Shown in pieces: positions 26,972 through 35,005 of a DNA stretch of 64,000 nt (positions within the stretch are counted from its first letter, which is position 1; every line of letters begins with the position of its first letter). The translations under genes and the position numbers were made by a program. Below the pieces are notes generated by a model. The model was not told the origin of the DNA. It worked only from the letters and a program-made list of their open reading frames with translations, and ran no database searches. The DNA is from an uncultured Chloroflexia bacterium (GTDB lineage Bacteria > Chloroflexota > Limnocylindria > Limnocylindrales > CSP1-4): positions 73,816 through 137,815 of the forward strand of contig CAWHRD010000008.1 of assembly GCA_963831745.1 (NCBI GenBank), in the 5' to 3' direction.

Positions 26972-27416
26972 CGACGCCCGGGCCGTCCTCGCCCGCTGGC
27001 AGCCGGTGCTCCGGCTCGCCGACTGGGACATCGATCTCCGGCTCGTCACCACGGCGTGGCGCAAGCGCGGGGACGTCAAGGTGGACCTCGACGACCGCAA
27101 GGCCGTCCTGCTGCTGTGGGCCGGACAGCCCACGGAACACCTCGAGGAGGTGGTCGTCCACGAGCTGGTCCACCTGCGCCTCTACGCCATGGACCAGATG
27201 CTCGTCGAGCTGCTGGACGCGGTCTTCGGCACCGACGCCGCGGAGCCGCGGCGGGCCTTCGCCGAGACGCAGTTCATGACCCTGCTGGAATCGACCACCG
27301 AGGATCTGGCGAAGGCGCTGCTCGCGGCGAGTGGCAGCACCGCGCCCCTCACGTTCGAGCGCCTCCGCGACGAGGTCGAGCGCGAGATCGCGCCCGGGCC
27401 GACGACGGGCGAGTAG
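26955..27416 (+). CDS. hypothetical protein with HExxH motif, last gene of the BMC operon
   Basis: ATG 26955 overlaps the third BMC-P gene by 17 nt. VVVHELVHLRLY contains HELVH. 153 aa. No family recognised. Confidence 0.6.
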   Translation: MPITPDDARAVLARWQPVLRLADWDIDLRLVTTAWRKRGDVKVDLDDRKAVLLLWAGQPTEHLEEVVVHELVHLRLYAMDQMLVELLDAVFGTDAAEPRRAFAETQFMTLLESTTEDLAKALLAASGSTAPLTFERLRDEVEREIAPGPTTGE

Positions 27417-27417
27417 C

Positions 27418-27468
27418 GCCGGCCCGCGCCACGCGGGCGAGTCACAGCCGGCCCGCGCCACGCGGGCG
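27418..27468 (+). terminator. duplicated hairpin pair after the BMC operon
   Basis: GCCGGCCCGCGCCACGCGGGCG occurs twice at a 29-nt period. Each copy holds GCCCGCG-CCA-CGCGGGC (7-bp stem) at 27422-27438 and 27451-27467. The first copy starts 2 nt after the stop. No U-tract. Confidence 0.45.
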
Positions 27469-27494
27469 TCTCCCGGCGCGTCGATACTGCGACC

Positions 27495-28205
27495 ATGCTG
27501 CCGACACCCGCCCTCGACCCGGCGCCGCGCGGCGCCGGGTTCTTCGCCACCGCCGTCGCCGTGATCGCCTACGGCGTCGCGATGGCGTTCCTCGAGTCGG
27601 CCGTCGTCGTCTACCTCCAGCGGGCCCTCGAGATCCAGGTCGGTGTCCTCTTCCCCCTCCAGGATCCGGCCGGGGTGAGGGACCTGGCGGCCATCGAGGT
27701 CGGGCGTGAGGCGGCAACGCTCGTCATGCTGGCCGCCGTGGGCTGGCTGGCCGGGCGGAGCGCCCTCGAGCGGCTGGCCTGGACCGCCGTCGCGTTCGGC
27801 ACCTGGGACATCCTGTACTACGCCTGGCTGTGGGTCTTCCTCGGCTGGCCGCCGTCGCCGTCGACGTGGGACCTGCTCTTCCTCATCCCGGTGCCGTGGG
27901 CGGGGCCGGTCTGGTCGCCCGTCGCGGTGAGCCTGGCGCTCGTCGGCTTCGGGCTGGCCGCCGCGGCTCGCCTGCGGGCCGGCCGTGCCGTGCGGGTCGG
28001 ACGCCCCCAGCTCGCGGCGGGCCTGCTCGGCGGCCTGGTCGTGATCGTGGCATTCTGCTGGAACGCGCCGCTCCTGGTGGACGGCGGCGTCCCGACCGAC
28101 TTCCCGTGGCCGGTCTTCGCGGCGGGCATGGCCCTGGCGGCCTGGGGCGCGGCCACGGCGCTGCGCGGTGCGGCAGAGCCTACGCTCTCGCCAGGACGAC
28201 CCTGA
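27495..28205 (+). CDS. integral membrane protein, unknown function
   Basis: Six to seven hydrophobic helices (FFATAVAVIAYGVAMAFLESAVVVYL, WDILYYAWLWVFLGW...). Confidence 0.6.
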   Translation: MLPTPALDPAPRGAGFFATAVAVIAYGVAMAFLESAVVVYLQRALEIQVGVLFPLQDPAGVRDLAAIEVGREAATLVMLAAVGWLAGRSALERLAWTAVAFGTWDILYYAWLWVFLGWPPSPSTWDLLFLIPVPWAGPVWSPVAVSLALVGFGLAAAARLRAGRAVRVGRPQLAAGLLGGLVVIVAFCWNAPLLVDGGVPTDFPWPVFAAGMALAAWGAATALRGAAEPTLSPGRP

Positions 28206-28953
28206 ACTCCACGCTGCCGTTGTCCTGGACCGAGATGAGGCCGGCGATGCTCGGGGCCTCGATGCCGTAGTCGGAGAAGAGGATCGGCAGCGAGCCGGCC
28301 ACGACGACCGTGCCGTCAGGCTGTAGGCGGGCCTGGGCGGCGATCTCGACGTCCTTCGTCACGCCGTGGAGCATCAGCTTCCCGGGGAGCGTGACCGCCA
28401 CGTCGGCGCTGCCGAAGTCCGCGGGGAGCGCGACCGGCCCCGCCAGCAGGAACGTCGAGGTCGGGAAGGTGTCGGTCTGGATCCCGCGACCGCGGAGCTG
28501 GTTGTCGCGCCGGCCCTCGTCGCTCTGGAGGGTCGTCATGTCGACCTCAGTCGAGCCGGCCGCGAGCGCGAGCGCGCCGGGCGTCCCCTCGACGGTGAGG
28601 GTCCCGGTAACGCCGCTACTCCTCCCGACCGCGTCCGAGTCGGCCTGCCGCTGGAGGAACGTCTCGCGGACGCGGTAGCCGGCCTCGCCCTCCGCGATGT
28701 TCCACGTGCCCGCGAGATCGCCCGAAGCTGCCGACGGCACGCCGGAGGCAGCCGCGGCGTCGCTGGATACCGGGGTCGCGACCGGGGAACTCGAGGGCTC
28801 CTCCGAGGCGACCGCGGCGGACGGCGCGGGCGTGTCCAACCCGAGCTCGGGCACCCGGTCCCCGCGCAGGAAGGCCTGCGAGGCAACGATTCCGCCGATC
28901 GCCGCGACGGCGATGACGGCGACGACGAGAACGGCGATGCGGCGGCTGTTCAT
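28180..28953 (-). CDS. YceI family protein, membrane-anchored/secreted
   Basis: ATG at 28953 after GGGAGGA. Anchor MNSRRIAVLVVAVIAVAAIGGIVA. YceI-like core WNIAEGEAGYRVRETF..TGTLTVEG..LMLHGVTKDVEI. Confidence 0.8.
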   Translation of the reverse strand: MNSRRIAVLVVAVIAVAAIGGIVASQAFLRGDRVPELGLDTPAPSAAVASEEPSSSPVATPVSSDAAAASGVPSAASGDLAGTWNIAEGEAGYRVRETFLQRQADSDAVGRSSGVTGTLTVEGTPGALALAAGSTEVDMTTLQSDEGRRDNQLRGRGIQTDTFPTSTFLLAGPVALPADFGSADVAVTLPGKLMLHGVTKDVEIAAQARLQPDGTVVVAGSLPILFSDYGIEAPSIAGLISVQDNGSVEFRVVLARA

Positions 28954-29067
28954 GTCCTCCCATTCGTTGGGGCCCGGCGTTCCGATGCAGGAGGGCGGAG
29001 TGTCGCGGCCGTCCTGAAGCCGGGCTGAAGGCGCCTGCTCGCGGCGGCACCCTGCCCGCGGCGACGC

Positions 29068-29118
29068 GCTCGCAGATCCCGGCCGCTCGCAGATCCCGGC
29101 CGCTCGCACATCCCGGCG
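29068..29118. repeat. 17-bp tandem repeat x3 (intergenic)
   Basis: GCTCGCAGATCCCGGCC x2, then GCTCGCACATCCCGGCG. Confidence 0.85.
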
Positions 29119-29410
29119 CGCATCCTATCGGACGCTTGCGTCGCGGACCGTATGACGGGTCAGCCGGGTGGCGAGGCGCCGGCGGATGCTCGCAGGACCC
29201 TCGTCGAGGGCTTCACTGCGGCCCGATGCTGCCAGCGGTATGGAAGCGGAGACGCGTGACAGGATCGGCGGCCGGTCCGGGCTCGGCGACCGCGGCGCGA
29301 CAGCCGGCGACCGCGCATACGGTTCGCCCGCTGCACTTCTGATAGGACCGTGCGAGGCCGAGGCAGGCGCCCGATGCCGGCTCTGCGCCAGGCCCTGCGC
29401 GCAGTCGGCG

Positions 29411-30742
29411 CTACCCGGCGAGACGCTCCAGGACCACCGGCGCGGGCGCCGGCGGGGCGTCGGCGATCGTGACCGCGGCCCGGACCTCGGCGGCAGCCGT
29501 CTCGGCCTGGGCGACCGACCGGGCATGGACCATGCAGATCGGTCGGGCCGGCCCGACCTCCGCCCCGATCGGCGCGAACCGCGTGAAGCCGACGGCGTGG
29601 TCGATCGTCTGGTCCGCACGGACGCGTCCGCCGCCCATCCCGACGATCGCCAGGCCGATCGCCCGAGCGTCCTCGGCGGCGATGAAACCGGCGCGTGCCG
29701 GAGGCACGGCGAGCGTCACCCCGGGAAGTGGCAGGTAGGTGTCGGGGCGCTCGAGCAGGTCCGCCGGCCCGCCGAGCGCGGCGACCATGCGCGCGAACCG
29801 CTCTGCGGCTTCGCCCGACGCGAGCGCGCGCTCGCAGGCGGCCCGGGCATCGGCGACGGTCCCGAAGATCCCGCCGATGACGAGCAGCTCGGCCGAGAGA
29901 GCCATCGTCACCTCGTGCTGGCGCGGCTCGCGGCCGCCGTGCCCGCCCTCGCCGACCAGGTAGGCGATCGCCTCGCGGACCTCGACGGCGTTCCCGGCCG
30001 TGGTGCCCAGCACCTCGTTCATGTCGGTCAGGATCGCCGTCGTGCGGCAGCCGGCCCCGTTCGCGACCGCCACGATGCTCTCGGCCAACTCCCGGGCGCC
30101 GTCCACGGTCGTCATGAAGGCGCCGGTGCCGAACGTCACGTCCTGCACGAGGCCAGCCAGGCCGGCGGCGAGCTTCTTCGACAGGATCGATGACGTGATC
30201 AGGGGGATGCTCTCGACCGTCGAGGTCACGTCACGGATGGCGTAGAGCCGCCGGTCCGCAGGGGCGAGCTCGCCTGTCTGGCCGATGATCGCGCAGCCGA
30301 CCTCCCGCACGACCCGACGGAAGTGGGCGTTGTTGGGCGCCGTCGTGTAGCCGTCGATCGCGTCCATCTTGTCCAGCGTGCCGCCGGAGTGGCCCAGGCC
30401 TCGCCCGGAGATCATCGGGATGGTGGCTCCGCAGGCCGCCACGATGGGGGCCAGCATGAGCGAGACCTTGTCCCCGACGCCGCCGGTGGAGTGCTTGTCG
30501 AGCGGCGGACCCGGGAGGTCCGCGTCGGACCAGTCGAGGACCGTGCCGGAATCGCGCATTGCGCGGGTGAAGGCAACGAGCTCGGCGCGGGTCATCCCCC
30601 GGAAGAAGACCGCCATCGCGAATGCGGCGGCCTGGCCCTCGGTGATCGTCCCGTCGGTCAGCCCGCCGACGAAGAAGGCGACCTCCTCGTCCGTTAGCGA
30701 GCGACCGTCGCGCTTGTGGCGGATGACCTCCTGCGGCAGCAC
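29411..30742 (-). CDS. deoA: thymidine / pyrimidine-nucleoside phosphorylase
   Basis: GTG start. [59 protein letters not shown]. Confidence 0.9.
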   Translation of the reverse strand: MLPQEVIRHKRDGRSLTDEEVAFFVGGLTDGTITEGQAAAFAMAVFFRGMTRAELVAFTRAMRDSGTVLDWSDADLPGPPLDKHSTGGVGDKVSLMLAPIVAACGATIPMISGRGLGHSGGTLDKMDAIDGYTTAPNNAHFRRVVREVGCAIIGQTGELAPADRRLYAIRDVTSTVESIPLITSSILSKKLAAGLAGLVQDVTFGTGAFMTTVDGARELAESIVAVANGAGCRTTAILTDMNEVLGTTAGNAVEVREAIAYLVGEGGHGGREPRQHEVTMALSAELLVIGGIFGTVADARAACERALASGEAAERFARMVAALGGPADLLERPDTYLPLPGVTLAVPPARAGFIAAEDARAIGLAIVGMGGGRVRADQTIDHAVGFTRFAPIGAEVGPARPICMVHARSVAQAETAAAEVRAAVTIADAPPAPAPVVLERLAG

Positions 30743-30745
30743 GGC

Positions 30746-31621
30746 TCAGGCCTCCCCATCGCCGGCGCGGCCGGCCGACCCGTCGCCATCGCCGGCGAAC
30801 GACCCCACGAAGGCCCGCACGAGCCGCGTCAGGTCGGCCGCGGCCAGGGCAGCGCCCCGCAGCGTCTGCTCGTGGTCGATCGGCTCGTCGCTCATCCCGA
30901 CGGCGAGGTTCGTGATCGCGCTGATCGCGGCGACGCGGATCCCCGCGTGGCGCGCCACGATCACCTCGGGCACGGTGGACATCCCGACCGCGTCGGCGCC
31001 CAGCACCCGGTATGCCCGGATCTCGGCCGGCGTCTCGAAGAGCGGTCCGAGGAGCGCGCAGTAGACGCCCTCGTGGAGCCGGATCCCGAGCGCGCCGGCG
31101 GTGCGCAGCAGCCGGGCCCGGAGGGCCGGGTCATAGGCATCCTCGAGGCCGACGAAGCGCTCGCCCCACTCGTCGTCGTTCGCGCCGACGAGGGGATTGG
31201 TCCACATCGCGTTGATGTGGTCGGTGATGAGCATGAGGCTGCCGGGCTTCGCCTCGGCGCGGAGCGAGCCCGCGGCGTTGGTGAGGAGGAGGGCCTCGAC
31301 GCCGAGCGCCGCGAAGGTCCGGATCGGGAGCTTGATGACGGCCGGGGGGTGGCCCTCGTAGAGGTGGAAGCGGCCCTGCATGCAGGCGACGGGGACACCC
31401 TCGAGGGTGCCGAGGACGAATCGACCGGCGTGGCCGGCCACGGTCGACGGCGGGAAGCCGGGGATCTCCGCGTAGGGGACGGCGACGGCGTCGTCGAGCG
31501 TCTCGGCGAGGCCGCCGAGACCGGAGCCCAGCACGATCCCCAGCCGAGGCACGAAGCCCGGGGCCCGCTCGCGCAGGACGTCGGCGGCCAGGCGCGCGGG
31601 ATCGACGGACGGGTGCGTCAT
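30746..31621 (-). CDS. punA: purine nucleoside phosphorylase (trimeric PNP / inosine-guanosine family)
   Basis: LGIVLGSGLG..IPGFPPSTVAGHAGRFVLG..MQGRFHLYEG..LLLTNAAGSL..GPLFETPAE..GADAVGMSTVPEV. Its ATG forms an ATGA overlap with the cdd stop. Confidence 0.9.
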   Translation of the reverse strand: MTHPSVDPARLAADVLRERAPGFVPRLGIVLGSGLGGLAETLDDAVAVPYAEIPGFPPSTVAGHAGRFVLGTLEGVPVACMQGRFHLYEGHPPAVIKLPIRTFAALGVEALLLTNAAGSLRAEAKPGSLMLITDHINAMWTNPLVGANDDEWGERFVGLEDAYDPALRARLLRTAGALGIRLHEGVYCALLGPLFETPAEIRAYRVLGADAVGMSTVPEVIVARHAGIRVAAISAITNLAVGMSDEPIDHEQTLRGAALAAADLTRLVRAFVGSFAGDGDGSAGRAGDGEA

Positions 31622-32031
31622 CGAACGGCCTCCCTGCCGAGGTACTCGGGCCCGAAGCTGTAGGGGAGCAGCTCGCCCAGCGTAACGCTGCGGATCACGC
31701 CCGCCAGGCCGGCCAGGTGCACCGGCGTGTCGAGGGTCGCGAACTCGCGCAGCCGCTGGCGGCAGGCGCCGCACGGCGAGGGAATCCCCGGCCGCTCGTC
31801 GGCGACGACGAGGATCTCGGTGATCTTGCGGCTCCCCGCCGCCACCAGGACGCCGATGGCCGATGCTTCGGCGCACTGGCTCTGCGGGTAGGCCACGTTC
31901 TCCACGTTGGCTGCGACGTGGACGCGCCCATGCTCGTCGCGCAGCGCGGCACCGACGAGGTACTCGGAATAGGGGGCGTAGGCGCGCTCGCGGACCGCGA
32001 AGGCGGCGGCGTAGAGGTCGTCGGCGGACAT
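31618..32031 (-). CDS. cdd: cytidine deaminase
   Basis: YAPYSEYLVGAAL..CAEASAI..PCGACRQRLREF zinc-ligand motifs. ATG at 32031. Confidence 0.9.
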   Translation of the reverse strand: MSADDLYAAAFAVRERAYAPYSEYLVGAALRDEHGRVHVAANVENVAYPQSQCAEASAIGVLVAAGSRKITEILVVADERPGIPSPCGACRQRLREFATLDTPVHLAGLAGVIRSVTLGELLPYSFGPEYLGREAVR

Positions 32032-32196
32032 CGGCAGGTGGCTCCAGGTTCGCTCGCGGCGCATCGGCCCGACGAGGGCCCTCACTGTAGCGCGCCGCCA
32101 CCCGCGCGCGAAGCTCCACGCTGGCTCGCAGGCCATTACGCCCGGAAGGGTGGACGATCGTTTGACGGAAGTGGCCAAGGCGAGGCATACTTCGCA

Positions 32197-32271
32197 TGCG
32201 GGGTGGAGCAGCGGCAGCTCGTCGGGCTCATAACCCGAAGGTCAAGGGTTCGAATCCCTTCCCCGCAACCA
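32197..32271 (+). tRNA. tRNA-Met (CAU), initiator-type features
   Basis: Hand-folded cloverleaf of 75 nt with encoded CCA. Anticodon loop CTCATAA. GGG/CCC run closes the anticodon stem and 11:24 is A:U, both initiator hallmarks. Position 1 is U, pairing with A72. Confidence 0.9.
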
Positions 32272-32288
32272 AGCCGCATACCGACGTC

Positions 32289-32322
32289 GAGAACCCCGGT
32301 CCGCCCGCCGGGGTTCTTGCTT
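32289..32322 (+). terminator. stem-loop after the tRNA
   Basis: AGAACCCCGG-TCCGCCCG-CCGGGGTTCT (10-bp stem), followed by the T-rich TGCTTGTGT. Confidence 0.55.
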
Positions 32323-32435
32323 GTGTGGATCGCTCGCCCGGGGAGCGTGGGCTCGCGGCGGGGTCCCGGCGGTCAACGAGGCTACACTTCGCCGCGGAAC
32401 GCGGCCGCGGGCCGTGCGCTTCGCCGGGAGGCACC

Positions 32436-33155
32436 GTGCTCGATCGCCTCAAGCGCTGGCTTCACCCCCTCCGTCCCGTCCTCCTGCCGATCTGGCGGCC
32501 GATCCGGCCGTACATCGTGCGGTCGCCCAGGCTTCCGCCGCGCCGCGCCGTCGTCACCCGGCGGATCGCCGCCGCCCGGCGCCGGTGGGAGGCGAGGCGC
32601 GGTCGGATCCGGCCGATCAACGCGGCGGAGTTCGCCGACCTCGCGAAGCGCTACCCCTACTACCGCGCCCGCTGGGAGTACACGTCGGCCGCCGCCCAGG
32701 AAGCCGCGGACCTCATCGCCCGGCACGACCTGCACCGGGCGCTCGAGCTGGGGCCGCACATCCGGCCCCTGATCGTGGGGGCGGACGTCATGGTCCTCTC
32801 GCGGAGCGAGGAGCTCGACGCGGAAGGGCGGGTGATCGTCCACGACGCGCGGGTGGCGCCCTGGCCCATCCCCGACGGCGGGTACGACCTGTTCGTCGCG
32901 CTCCAGGTCTTCGAGCACCTCGTCGACCACCAGCAGGCGGCGTTCCGGGAGGTCTGCCGGGTGGCGCGCCACGCGATCATCTCGCTGCCGATCGACTGGG
33001 TGATGGACGACCCGGGCAACTGCCACCACATGATCAGCCACGAGCGCGCGCTGAGTTGGTTCGCGCCGCAGGTGCCGACGCGCGTGGTCGAGGGCAACGG
33101 CGGGCCTCGCCGCCGCCTGATCTACGTCTTCGAGGATCTCGCGCCGGAGCCGTAG
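32436..33155 (+). CDS. putative class I SAM-dependent methyltransferase-like protein
   Basis: GTG 32436 after GGGAGG. YDLFVALQVFEHL resembles a methyltransferase post-motif. Assignment is weak. Confidence 0.45.
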   Translation: MLDRLKRWLHPLRPVLLPIWRPIRPYIVRSPRLPPRRAVVTRRIAAARRRWEARRGRIRPINAAEFADLAKRYPYYRARWEYTSAAAQEAADLIARHDLHRALELGPHIRPLIVGADVMVLSRSEELDAEGRVIVHDARVAPWPIPDGGYDLFVALQVFEHLVDHQQAAFREVCRVARHAIISLPIDWVMDDPGNCHHMISHERALSWFAPQVPTRVVEGNGGPRRRLIYVFEDLAPEP

Positions 33156-33175
33156 CCGCCGCGTGCCCGCCGCGG

Positions 33176-34900
33176 TCAGGGCCGCCGGATACGGACGTCG
33201 TCCACGGCGGCCTCGACCAGGTTGCCCCGTCCGCCGTCGGCGGCGCCGATCACGATGCGCACCGCCTGGCCGGCCCAGGGCGCCATCGAGATGCTCGCCG
33301 ACGCCCAGGCCGCGTCGTCGTCGCGCGGCGCCCCGAGCTCCTCGAAGGCGAGCGTGCGGCTCCCGTCCGCGGCTTCCACCCAGACCCGCAGCCAGTCGTC
33401 CGCGGAGCTCTGCGCGTCGTGGGCCAGGTAGTAGCGGAACGTCAGCGGGCCGACCGCGTCCGGCAGGGTCACCTGCGGCGAGCGGATCGTCGACGCCCCG
33501 CCGTCCAGGTCCCTCGCGCTGGCGCGGGATCCCGCGAGCCGGCCCGTCACCAGCGCGCGCGAGCCGGATGTGGTGGAGCCCAGCTGCTTCGGCCCCCGCC
33601 ACTTCGTGGGCTGAGGATCGCCTCGCTCCCAGCGCCCCGACGTCGCCGTGTCGGTGCCGTCGGGGTTCGTCCGCCAGCCGCGGGCGCCCTCGAAGTCGTC
33701 GAAAAGCGGCCCGCAATTGGCGCGCTCCCTGCCGATCGCGGCGTAGGGGCAGTCGGCGATGCCGAGGGTGTACAGGAACGCCGAGCGGTTGCGCGCCGTC
33801 TCGCGGGCGATGATCTCGTCGGGCGAGTAGTGGTCCTTCGCCGCCGACGACTGCTCGGGTGGGTAGAGCTCCCAGGTGAACGAGAAGATCCGGTGGCGGC
33901 CGTACATCCAGTCGATCTCGTCGCCGTCGGTGACGTACAGGTCGCTCGACTGCATCGGCCGGTAGCCGTTCCGGGCGGCCATCGCCCGACCGAGGGCCAC
34001 GAACGTCCGGTGGTCGTCGACGGTCATGTCAGCGGGCACGTCCGCCGTCGTGTAGCCGTACGGCCAGAGGACCTGCTCCCCGTTCGTGTGGAGCGTCACG
34101 TGGACCCGGATCTGCTGGCGCCCGCCGACCACCCGGCTGTTCACGAAGTCGCGGACCACGCGCGCCTCGGGGGTCGAGAACGCCCGCGGTCCCCGGTAGT
34201 TCCAGGCCGCCGGGCTGCTCGACGAGCCGTCGCAGCAGCCCCACCGGTAGCCGTAGTTGCGGTTGATGTCGGTGCCGATCGAGGACGAGCGCGGCGTCGG
34301 CTGCCGGTTCTTGCGCCACAGGCGATACGGCGAGCCGGACAGGTCGTAGACGTGGCCGTCCGGGTTGACCGAGAAGATGATCCACGTCTCGCGGGTGTCG
34401 ACGACCGAGCGGACCGCCGCGTCCGTCGCGTAGTCGGCGGTGAGGGTCTTCAGGAAGAAGAGCGCCTGCTCGAGGCTCAGGCGCTCGCGCGCGTGATGGA
34501 GCGCGTCCACGAGGACCTCGGGCTCGTCCTCGTCCACGCCGACGTTGTCGGAGACCTTCGCGACCCAGATGTCGCGACCCTGGTAACTCCTGCCGATCGA
34601 CATCACGCGGACGAGGTCCGGGTACGCGGCCTCGGCGGCGTGGATCTCGTCGACCATCTCGGCGTTCGAGTGATAGCGGCTGTCGTAGCTGGGGTAGCTC
34701 GGCTCTGCCGCGGCGACGGGCGGGGGCCCGGCGAAGGGAACGATCCCGGCGACGAGCGCGACCAGGAGCGCGAAGGCCGACGCGGGCCGTGACAGGCGGG
34801 TCGGCGCGAAGTGTGGCACACGGGCGGCGCTCGGGCGGCGTGCGATGGTCCGTATGGGGCCGGGCGCCTGCGTGACGAGGTGGAGGTGCTGCGTCGGCAT
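33176..34900 (-). CDS. M14 family zinc carboxypeptidase with extra C-terminal domain
   Basis: YHSNAEMVDEIHAAEAAYPDLVRVMSIGRSYQGRDIWVAKVS..EPEVLVDALHHARERLS (M14 HxxE region). N-terminal anchor ASAFALLVALVAGIVPFAG. Confidence 0.8.
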   Translation of the reverse strand: MPTQHLHLVTQAPGPIRTIARRPSAARVPHFAPTRLSRPASAFALLVALVAGIVPFAGPPPVAAAEPSYPSYDSRYHSNAEMVDEIHAAEAAYPDLVRVMSIGRSYQGRDIWVAKVSDNVGVDEDEPEVLVDALHHARERLSLEQALFFLKTLTADYATDAAVRSVVDTRETWIIFSVNPDGHVYDLSGSPYRLWRKNRQPTPRSSSIGTDINRNYGYRWGCCDGSSSSPAAWNYRGPRAFSTPEARVVRDFVNSRVVGGRQQIRVHVTLHTNGEQVLWPYGYTTADVPADMTVDDHRTFVALGRAMAARNGYRPMQSSDLYVTDGDEIDWMYGRHRIFSFTWELYPPEQSSAAKDHYSPDEIIARETARNRSAFLYTLGIADCPYAAIGRERANCGPLFDDFEGARGWRTNPDGTDTATSGRWERGDPQPTKWRGPKQLGSTTSGSRALVTGRLAGSRASARDLDGGASTIRSPQVTLPDAVGPLTFRYYLAHDAQSSADDWLRVWVEAADGSRTLAFEELGAPRDDDAAWASASISMAPWAGQAVRIVIGAADGGRGNLVEAAVDDVRIRRP

Positions 34901-35005
34901 GCCGGCAAGGGTGCCCGCCCACCGGTCCCGAGCGCAAGCGCCCGATCAGCGGGCCCCACCTGGGACGAAGGGGCCAGACGGGAAACGGGCAGACGGGCCT
35001 TCGCC

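Noticed and set aside
28954-29410. 164-aa ORF 29125..29619 and a possible ncRNA/riboswitch in the 457-bp spacer
   Set aside because: The ORF is Arg/Pro/Ser-rich and runs into the deoA 3' end. I could not recognise any riboswitch consensus. Only the 17-bp repeats and the TGACAGGATCG core are reportable.
32321-34792. 823-aa plus-strand ORF
   Set aside because: Out of frame with the methyltransferase-like gene and antisense to the M14 carboxypeptidase, which has clear catalytic motifs. Arg/Pro-rich junk translation.
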